The notes beneath the pieces were generated by a model, which was given only the letters and a program-made list of their open reading frames with translations, searched no databases and was not told the origin of the DNA. Below, piece by piece: positions 1 through 7,600 of a DNA stretch of 39,690 nt (positions are counted from its first letter, which is position 1; each line of letters starts with the position of its first letter). The position numbers and the translations under genes were made by a program. Source of the stretch: a virus (Duplodnaviria; Caudoviricetes); the IMG/VR virus record IMGVR_UViG_3300033416_000017, positions 1-39,690 of that record, one strand, 5' to 3'.

Positions 1-142
1 GTGCAGGCCGACGAGAAAGAACCCGGCCCATCGCATTCGCCGGACCGGATCCCGCCAGGGCATCCGCCCCGCCGCCTGAAACAGCGATTGCAGATCGTCG
101 GTCGTGAAGACCTCGACCCGCCGGCGGCCCGGCCGGATCCGC
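1..142. repeat. Terminal direct overlap with 39549-39690 (circular contig)
   Basis: Bases 1-142 match 39549-39690 with one mismatch (G127 vs A39675, synonymous Gly codon in the integrase). The integrase frame is continuous across the join. Confidence 0.95.
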
Positions 143-435
143 TTGACCCCCTGGAAGGGGTTGACCGTGACTCCGTACTCGCCGCCCTGCTCGATCAGCC
201 AGCGATAGACCTCGCTGACGGCGGCCGTGTAGGAGTGCACACTGGTCAGCGGCATCCCGACCTGGTCCCGCAGGAACGTCTGGAACTTGCCCGCCGCCGC
301 GTTCGGGAAGGCCTCGCAAAAGGCCCGCCACTGACGCCAGGCGCTTCGGCACTTTTTCTTGGTGGACCGCCTCACCGGCGCCCACCGCATGAACTCGTCA
401 AACAATTGTGAGAGCGACAACGTGATATCCGACAT
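1..435 (-). CDS. int: Tyrosine integrase, N-terminal part (continues across the circular join into 39548..38982)
   Basis: ATG at 435 preceded by RBS GAAAGGAGG (452-444). Translates MSDITLSLSQLFDEF...VNPFQGVKRIRPGRRRVEVFTTDDLQSLF...MPWRDPVRRMRWAGFFLVGLH, in frame with the catalytic part. Total 333 aa. Confidence 0.9.
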   Translation of the reverse strand, partial: MSDITLSLSQLFDEFMRWAPVRRSTKKKCRSAWRQWRAFCEAFPNAAAGKFQTFLRDQVGMPLTSVHSYTAAVSEVYRWLIEQGGEYGVTVNPFQGVKRIRPGRRRVEVFTTDDLQSLFQAAGRMPWRDPVRRMRWAGFFLVGLH

Positions 436-553
436 AAGCCGGACCTCCTTTCTGCCGTCGGACAGCCGCAAACCGTAAGCCAGCATACCCGATCGGCGAA
501 GCGAGTCAACGCCACCGCCCTACTGTGTCGCTACGTGCCCAATCCCTGTGAAG

Positions 554-583
554 TTGTCAAAGAGCGAGGCCGCCGGAGGCGGC
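554..583 (-). promoter_or_regulatory. Putative boxB-boxA antitermination (nut-like) site
   Basis: Minus strand reads hairpin GCCGCC-TCC-GGCGGC, then GCTCTTTGACAA, close to the rrn/lambda boxA consensus GCTCTTTAACAA. Lies in the leader upstream of int. Confidence 0.55.
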
Positions 584-585
584 AT

Positions 586-840
586 CTATGATCGATGATG
601 TTTGGTCTTGGATTTGGTCCTGCGGCCGACGCGTCTCGCCCGGCGAATGGCGGCCACATGCGCCCAGACGGCCATCATATAGCAGGCCTTGAGCGTCAGC
701 GTGTACTCCCTGCGGCATCCCGAGGCCCGAAACCCGATCAGGTCGGGCGGCCGAAGGATCACTACGATTCGCCGGGCCCTGCCCTGCTCGTGGACCAGGG
801 CAGCGCTGACTCGCCGAACAGGCTTCGATAGATCAGTCAT
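586..840 (-). CDS. Small basic early protein (possible excisionase/regulator by position)
   Basis: 84 aa, Arg/Lys-rich, directly upstream of int in the same direction. No family recognised. Confidence 0.6.
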   Translation of the reverse strand: MTDLSKPVRRVSAALVHEQGRARRIVVILRPPDLIGFRASGCRREYTLTLKACYMMAVWAHVAAIRRARRVGRRTKSKTKHHRS

Positions 841-1123
841 AGGCCACCGTTAAAATCAAAACCGCGGGCCGGACCGACGGAGCTCGTCGATGGTCGCCGA
901 CCCGCGGCGGAGGGGAGACGAAGGGGGCCGGCCTGCCACGTTGGCGCCTGGAATGGCCGGCCCCGGGTAATTGATGCGTGGCGCCCATCCTTTGGACACA
1001 ATGTGGGCGACCCTGCCCCATCCACGCATTGACGACAAGCGGGCCGTTGCAGCAGAGAGGAGAGCCCGACCGGACGGTTGAGCTTGAAGAGTGAAGGTGC
1101 CACGGCCCGTACTCGAATTGACC

Positions 1124-1152
1124 TTGACAGACCTGTCCGCTTGTGTTAATAT
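1124..1152 (+). promoter_or_regulatory. Putative rightward sigma70 promoter
   Basis: TTGACA (1124-1129), 17-bp spacer, TAATAT (1147-1152) with an extended TG at 1144-1145. Confidence 0.55.
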
Positions 1153-1240
1153 GCACAAAGTGGGCAGGGAATGCACGCCAGTCATCCTCCCGGATGGCCT
1201 CGTTCTTCGGATTGTCGACCCTTCACTCTTCATGGAGATG

Positions 1241-1268
1241 ATTATCGGCAGAATGCTTGCGAAGTCAA
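1241..1268 (-). promoter_or_regulatory. Putative leftward (early/lytic) sigma70 promoter
   Basis: Minus strand TTGACT (1268-1263), 16-bp spacer, GATAAT (1246-1241), inside an AT-richer divergent region. Confidence 0.55.
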
Positions 1269-1274
1269 TACCTT

Positions 1275-1320
1275 TTCGTACGGATTCGTACGAATAGTAC
1301 GTAACTGGATAGTTATACGA
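1275..1320. promoter_or_regulatory. Putative repressor operator array
   Basis: Perfect inverted repeat TTCGTACG-GATT-CGTACGAA (1275-1294), further TACG half-sites to 1320, and a TAACT-GGAT-AGTTA inverted repeat. Confidence 0.5.
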
Positions 1321-1343
1321 GACTTGCAAGCGAAAAATTTTCT

Positions 1344-1655
1344 GTGAAAATCGATCCCATGGCGACACGAGCAGATGATCTTGAACCGACAGCAATAGAC
1401 GTGGCGAAGAAGCTTGCCGCGAGGTACGGTGGACTCAAACACGTCCTCTCGGCGGGCATTCTCACGCTCGACTGGCTTTCATCGGGCTATCGGGACATGT
1501 TCCTCGACAAAGCGGCGGGCCAGCCGGTCGAGATTCCACCGGCGCCAGAGGAAAGACCTGGGCCACTTGCCCCTCGAGACTTTGCGGCACGCGTTGTCCG
1601 AGGCGCCGAAGCTCGTGCAGCAAAGCTACGCGGTAAAAAAACGGCAAACGGTTGA
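1344..1655 (+). CDS. Putative immunity repressor / small DNA-binding protein (alternative ATG at 1359)
   Basis: First gene transcribed divergently from the main operon and next to the operator palindrome. No clear HTH recognised; function inferred from position. Confidence 0.45.
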   Translation: MKIDPMATRADDLEPTAIDVAKKLAARYGGLKHVLSAGILTLDWLSSGYRDMFLDKAAGQPVEIPPAPEERPGPLAPRDFAARVVRGAEARAAKLRGKKTANG

Positions 1656-1789
1656 TCTCCTGGAGAATCGCTCGGTTGACTGTGAGCTCGAAATTGACAG
1701 GCCTCCGCATCTCGTCTGTCTTCATGACTTTCTCTCCGTTGGGCGCCAAGATCTTGGAGCGATCGTCATATTAGGGATCGCGAAACCTG

Positions 1790-2053
1790 ATGTCAACGAT
1801 AAACTCAACACGATCTCTCAAAAGAATAGCGGCCGCCGCCACAATGATCGTACCTGTTCTTGCGGTTTTCCTCACCCTCGTTCTTGATACGACGCCCAAA
1901 GGACTTCACGTTGCCGATCTGGAACAGCTCGACGGGAGAGATTTGGGACATGCGGCCTCCGCAGCAGTTCTGTGGTCCCTGATCACCGCTCCATGCATCT
2001 GGATCGTCTATGCCATCCTACGTTGGGCTGCGCGAGATGACACTACAGCCTAA
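1790..2053 (+). CDS. Small two-TM membrane protein (lysogeny cassette)
   Basis: 87 aa with hydrophobic segments IAAAATMIVPVLAVFLTLVL and AVLWSLITAPCIWIVYAIL. Confidence 0.6.
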   Translation: MSTINSTRSLKRIAAAATMIVPVLAVFLTLVLDTTPKGLHVADLEQLDGRDLGHAASAAVLWSLITAPCIWIVYAILRWAARDDTTA

Positions 2054-2076
2054 GTCCTCGGGGAGGACAGAAACCC

Positions 2077-2460
2077 ATGAGCAAACGTGAGATCTTCTCC
2101 TGGACGCTGTTCCTGATCGTGACGGCCGCCCTGATCGGCAGTCTGGCCTGCAACTGGTTCCAGTGGCGGCAATATCGCGACCTCTGGTACGACCGGCGGG
2201 CGTTGTCGGTGGTGCAAGATCCGGCCGCCTGGCGGCGGGTTTTGCCGGGCGCCTTTGTTCGGCCCGGTAGTGCACAGGACCCGCAATGGCAGGTCAGCGT
2301 GATACACACCGTGTTGCGGGACAATGACCATCTCCCGGAGGCGATCAAGCAAACTGTCCTCCATTGGCAGCAAGAGACAAGAGATCCCAATTCCGTCCGC
2401 AATCGAATTCGCAGGGGCGAGCGTCCTACGGATTCGGGACCACGACCGGCCGGCCGCTGA
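2077..2460 (+). CDS. N-terminally anchored membrane/exported protein (lysogeny cassette)
   Basis: RBS GGAGG upstream. Hydrophobic segment IFSWTLFLIVTAALIGSLA near the N-terminus. Confidence 0.6.
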   Translation: MSKREIFSWTLFLIVTAALIGSLACNWFQWRQYRDLWYDRRALSVVQDPAAWRRVLPGAFVRPGSAQDPQWQVSVIHTVLRDNDHLPEAIKQTVLHWQQETRDPNSVRNRIRRGERPTDSGPRPAGR

Positions 2461-2818
2461 GTCGGTCGAGTTTCCGGCCGATCTCGGTGAGCTGTTCCTT
2501 CTGCTCGACCTGTTTCTGGGCAATGGTATCGAGCTGCATCGTGATCTTGGTCGTCTCGACGGCCTGGGTACTGCGATGCTCCGCGAAGGCATCCCGGACC
2601 GCCTCGATCTCCTGCTCCGATTGCTGGGTCCTGGCCTCGACGACGGGAATGGCATTCCAGCGGGCGACCACGGTATTGAAGGTGGCCCAGCCGGAGATCA
2701 GGGCGATGACTCCCATCGCCGTCAGCCACTTGGTCAAGACGACGTGCTTGGCGGGTTTCAGGTCCGCGATCGTCTTGGCCATCAGGTCCACAATTTCCTT
2801 AGCCATCTCGCTATCCAT
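2426..2818 (-). CDS. Holin-like single-TM coiled-coil protein
   Basis: Last gene of the late operon. RBS GGGAGG before ATG 2818. One TM segment (WLTAMGVIALISGWATF) followed by a coiled-coil tail. Confidence 0.5.
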   Translation of the reverse strand: MDSEMAKEIVDLMAKTIADLKPAKHVVLTKWLTAMGVIALISGWATFNTVVARWNAIPVVEARTQQSEQEIEAVRDAFAEHRSTQAVETTKITMQLDTIAQKQVEQKEQLTEIGRKLDRLSGRPVVVPNP

Positions 2819-2842
2819 GCCAGTCAACCTCCCATCGCAGTG

Positions 2843-3268
2843 TCAATAGAGCACCGGCGCCCGGTTCGCCGGGACGGTGACGACGACGATCGTGCCGGTC
2901 CGGGTCTTGCTGTCGCCGGTGGCCCGGACGTCCGTGGCGCTGATATTGATATAGTCCATGCCGAGGGTCCCGGAGGGTGTATATTCGACCGTGTAGGTCC
3001 CATCGGCGTTCAGGACGATTTTCCCCTTGCTAGCGGTCATCTGGAAGACATCCCCATCCTCGTCGCAGGCCCGCCCGCTGAATCTGGCGGTCTGACCCAC
3101 GGCGATCGTCACGGTGCCGAGATAGAGTTTCTGGCCCGCCGGACTGCTGGAGGGATCCACGGCGATCTTGGCGGCGTCGACGTTGGTCGGGATGGCTGGA
3201 TAGGTCTGCTGCGGGCACGGCTGGTTGGCCACCAGGGCCATCAGGGTCACGGCAAGAGCGAACGACAT
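2843..3268 (-). CDS. Exported Ig/cadherin-like domain protein
   Basis: RBS GAAAGG and hydrophobic N-terminus MSFALAVTLMALVA. Motifs ACDEDGD, LNADGTYTVEYTP and NRAPV are typical of bacterial Ig/cadherin-like repeats. Confidence 0.6.
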   Translation of the reverse strand: MSFALAVTLMALVANQPCPQQTYPAIPTNVDAAKIAVDPSSSPAGQKLYLGTVTIAVGQTARFSGRACDEDGDVFQMTASKGKIVLNADGTYTVEYTPSGTLGMDYINISATDVRATGDSKTRTGTIVVVTVPANRAPVLY

Positions 3269-3304
3269 GGGAAACACCTTTCATCTATGATCTATGATTT
3301 GCGA

Positions 3305-4666
3305 TTATTGTCCCAGCGGGATCCAGTAGACGGTGGTCGCCCCGACGACCTTCCAGTAGTGGCCCTTCTTGACCGGGAATGTAACCGAGACCGGCTGCGC
3401 CCCGCCGTTGCCGTAGTTACGGGCCATCGTGGTCGTCGGCGGGTTGGAGCTGTCCGTATAGCCGGCGATCGCCGTCCAGCCGTTGGCCGTGATGGCGCAC
3501 ACAAACCCCGCCGTGGCCGCCAGGTAGGCCGTATTATTGCTCTTGCTGGCCTTGGCCCCGATCAGGTCGTCCACATGCCAGACGCCGGAGACCACGTTGA
3601 CGTCCCCGAAGTCGTAGTCCATGACGGAGTTGGCCTCCTGGGCGTAATTGACGATGTTGTTGCTGTCCGCGTCGTACGTGGCCGCCAGCATGTCCCCGCC
3701 CCCGGCGGGCGTATCGACCGACATCGCCCCCGTGACGGAGACCTTCATATAGCCGTCGGCCGGCAGGTCCGGCCAAGTCCAGTCCACGTTGAACGGCAGG
3801 GCCGGCACGAGGATCCGGGCATAGCTGGAGCCGTTGTCGCTGTCCTCCTTGATCGCCAGGTACCCGGAGGACGTCGCCCCGTTGGCGACGATCAGGCCAT
3901 GGTTGAACGTGCGATCGATGGCATCGTCCAGGTTCGGATCGGCGATCTGAGCGTCCAGCCCCGTCCGGGCCTCCGCCGCGTTCGTGTCCGTTTCGAGTCG
4001 AGTCTGCCAGTAGCTCGTCACCGTGACTCCCGTATCGACTGTCGTCGCCTGGGTGATCCCGCCGCCCGCCTGCCGGTACAGATAGCCCGCCGTCCCGGCG
4101 GCCGGCAGGTTCATATCGCTGACCTGCGCCTCCGTCTCCGGGATCATCGGCACCCGGTACAGGAGTTGCCGCAGGTACTGGACCTGATAGGTCAGATTGT
4201 CGAGGGCGTCCTCGAGCGCCGCGACCTTGAGGAACAGGGTCCCGTCGATATTGCGGGTCTGGGTCAGGGCGGGCTTGCGGCCGATCCAGATCTCATAGGC
4301 TGAGGAGTAGGCCGTGCCGGCCAGGGTCGTGATCGAGCCGCCGGGTCCGTCGGTGTAGTCCCCGTCGGCGTCGTCGTCGGTCATCGAGTAGTCGCTATTG
4401 AGGACCAGGACGGTCTCGGCGCCCGTGGCGACCGTCCGCAGGACGACGCGGAGCTGGTCCGTCGACAGGATCCCGAACGGGAAGGTAAACGTCTTGGTCG
4501 ATCCGTTGCCGTCGTAGGCGATCGAGCAGACCGCCGAGTTGACCTCGCCGTTCGCCACGCTCATAATGCACGTCCCGAGAATCATCGCGATCGTGATCAT
4601 CGACCCGACCCACAGGAGCGAGCGGAACAGTGGTTGGTTGTTGGTGGTTGGTTGTTGGTTCTTCAT
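3305..4666 (-). CDS. Tail fibre (T7 gp17-like N-terminal attachment domain) with N-terminal signal peptide
   Basis: YDGNGSTKTFTFPFGIL...DY...ALEDALDNLTYQVQYL matches the podoviral fibre N-domain. Follows the ejection proteins. RBS AAGGAG before ATG 4666. Confidence 0.85.
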   Translation of the reverse strand: MKNQQPTTNNQPLFRSLLWVGSMITIAMILGTCIMSVANGEVNSAVCSIAYDGNGSTKTFTFPFGILSTDQLRVVLRTVATGAETVLVLNSDYSMTDDDADGDYTDGPGGSITTLAGTAYSSAYEIWIGRKPALTQTRNIDGTLFLKVAALEDALDNLTYQVQYLRQLLYRVPMIPETEAQVSDMNLPAAGTAGYLYRQAGGGITQATTVDTGVTVTSYWQTRLETDTNAAEARTGLDAQIADPNLDDAIDRTFNHGLIVANGATSSGYLAIKEDSDNGSSYARILVPALPFNVDWTWPDLPADGYMKVSVTGAMSVDTPAGGGDMLAATYDADSNNIVNYAQEANSVMDYDFGDVNVVSGVWHVDDLIGAKASKSNNTAYLAATAGFVCAITANGWTAIAGYTDSSNPPTTTMARNYGNGGAQPVSVTFPVKKGHYWKVVGATTVYWIPLGQ

Positions 4667-4678
4667 GGCGTCACTCCT

Positions 4679-7600
4679 TTAGCGACTGGCGATACTTTTG
4701 CCTTTCCTGCGTTTGGGTTTCTTGGGCTTCGGCCGGCCGAGCAGCTCCCACGGATTGCCCGTCCGAATCGCCGCGACGATCCGCTTGGGGCCGGACCAGG
4801 GCATGCCGATGACCGGGGCCAGACCCTCGATCGCTTTACTCAAAGCCTTCTCGTCAAAATCTCCCCGGATCAGCGACCGGCCGACCTTGACCGTGTTCGA
4901 GGCGAGTTGGGCCGCCCCTTCGATAGCGGGCACGCCCGCTCCTCCGCCGAAACCCTCTTCATAGGCGATCCAGGCCAGTCCGATGAAGGGAATCTGCGTG
5001 ATGAACTGGTCGCTGAACGCCTCCATCAGATCCTCGTCATCCTCCGGCAATCGGCCGTTCTGGATCGTCCAGACCAGTATCGCATTGATGCCCAACCCGG
5101 CGAAGATCGCCGCCGCCTGCTGGTACTGCGCGTTCTTCCAGGCCGCCGGCAGATCGTAGACCGTCATATTCCACTGGCGATTGAGCTGCTGGGTGAATTG
5201 CTGGATTACGTTGACCCAGACGCTCGTGCGGTACATCTCGGCGAGCTCGAACGCCCGCGCCCCGGGCTGGCTCCGCGTCGTGGTATGGCGGGCCACTCGG
5301 GCGGCCTCGGCTTCGGCCTCCTCGTTCGTCTTGCCCTCGCGGATCAAGCGATCGTACTGGTGCAGATAGGTCCCGTACCAGCCGATCGTCCGCCCGACCG
5401 CGTCGAACGCCGTCAAGGGTTTGAGACCCCACTCGCCGATCGTTCGCAGCGCCGACTTGATCTTGGCGTCCTTTTCTCGCAGCTCTTCGAACTCGCGCTC
5501 CAGGACCGGCGAGTCCATCAGGGGATCCTTTTCGACGACGAACTGACGCACGCCCTCCCAGTCGGCGACCGTCTTCCAGGCTGAGATGAATAAGTGATGC
5601 CCCGCCTCCGGCAGATAGAGCATCACCGAGACCGGCTGCAATAGCATCGTCGAGAGCTTGCCGGCCAGGTAGGCGATCGCCGCATGACTCCGCAGCGTCG
5701 CCACCATCCGCTCCAGGTCGTGATAGGTCCGATAGATGTTCGGATTCGCGACGGCGTCGATGTAGTTCTTCAGCCGCTCCCAGCCACTGCGGCCGAGCTT
5801 ATTGAGGACCGCCGTCTTGACCTGGGGATCGTAGATCAACTCGTTCATCCGCCGGACCAGCACGGCAAAGGCGATCTCGTGCTCCTCCCGCTCGATCTGC
5901 TCATAGAGCAGCATCATCGAGTCGAGGCGGATCGGCTTTTGGTGCTGCTCGGGGATGTCCTTCCGCATGATGGCAAACCCGTGCTCGACGATCGCCTTCT
6001 TTAGGTGGAATCGGGCCTCCAGCTCCTCGCGGATCTGTCGCTCATCCGGCACGAAATCGACTTCCATGCGGCGCATCGGGGTGTAGTTTTCCTCTCGCCC
6101 CGGATCCATCCCAAAGGCCTCGATCGTGGCCTGCCGCATCGGCTCGTACCGTTCGTCGTAAAACTCGATCATCCAGTCCGCCAACTCCTTGAGGGCCGGG
6201 GCCTCCTCCTCGACGAAGTGGGCAATCCGGCTCTGATCGGCAATGGCGATCCGATTGCCGAACGTGATCGCCAGGCGAGAGGAGATATTGCGCATGAAGT
6301 TGTAGACGCCGACTGCCTCCTGCCCCGAGTACTCCTTGCCGTTGACCGTGATCGCGGTCTGGGTCAGGTCGGTCCGAGTCACCCCGAGACTCTTGAGTTT
6401 GGCCTCGACAGCATCCCAGCGGCTATGGGTCATCCGGATCTTCTCGCTGGCCTTCGTGGCGACCGTGTCCCACATCAGTCGGAAGATCGACCCCGCGAAG
6501 CCCTTGCCCCCTTCGAGCTTGTCCAGAAAGCGCTCCGGAGTCAGCGTCAGATCGACCAGGTTACGAACCCGCCGGCCGAAAGGCTCCCTCTCGGCCTTGG
6601 TGATCGGCCCGGTCTCCAAGGGCGCCCAATGCTCGCGGCCGATGGCCTCCAGGAAGGTATTGCGATCCTCGGCCCGGCGATTGTCTTTGGCCGTCTCGAT
6701 CAGTTTCTGCAGCGTGCGGCCTTTATGCCGAAGCGCCCGGACCTGCTGTGCCACCTCTTGCAGTTCCGCGACCGTCATTTCCGAGGGGCTCCGCGACTGG
6801 ATTCGCTCCAGGACCTTCTCCGGGACCCAGACGTCCGGATGCTGGGCGAAGTATTCGCGGGCCGCCCGTCGCGTGTCGATGGTGCTCTTGGCCCGAAAGT
6901 GCGGATCGATCGACGCCTGGATCAGCGCAATGGCCCGCCGGGCCTCCATCGCCAGCGTCGCGCCGGCCGGCTTCTTGATGTAGCGAAGGAGTTTGCCGAT
7001 ATGCTCCCGGAGCCGCTCGTCCGCCCGCAGTTTCTGCTGAGCCAGGCGATACTCCTGTCGGGCCTTGGCGATCCCCTCCTTCTCGCCGGCCCGATACGCC
7101 CGCTTCAACGCCAGACGAAGCGTCTTGACCTCCGCGGCGTCATCGAGCAGGCCGCCGATCAGCCGGCCGATGATGATCTCCTTCTGACGCTTGAGGATAT
7201 CCGTCGCGACCTTCTCGGCGTCGATCTTTTGCAGCTCGCCTTTCTGTTGGGCTGTCAACTCCGGCTCCGGGGCCAGGACCTGTCCCACCGTCAGTCGATC
7301 GGCCAGCCCCGTGGCCGCCAGGGCCTCCCATTCGGCCCGCAGCCGCTGATACATCTGCCGCGGTTTCTCGCGGACCGGTGCATTCCACCGTTGCAGCCAG
7401 GTGCTCTGGCGTTCCCCCAGTTCGCGGCCCAGCCGCTCGAAAAACTCCTCAAACGTCAAGGACCCCGGATGCGGATCGTCGACGTCGACGAGTTTGTCCT
7501 CCGCCAGCAACAGGGAGCCGTACTGTTCCTTCGTCAGGCCGTATCGGGCTCCGATCTTGTGGATCGCCTCATTGATCTCGTAGGGACTGACCTTAGCCTC

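Noticed and set aside
856-1233. Leaderless Cro-like ORF starting at ATG 1233
   Set aside because: The position fits the leftward promoter, but the translation has no HTH pattern and the region looks more like a structured leader. Left uncalled.
3305-3700. Diversity-generating retroelement acting on the tail fibre
   Set aside because: No reverse transcriptase ORF, and no template/variable repeat pair was seen.
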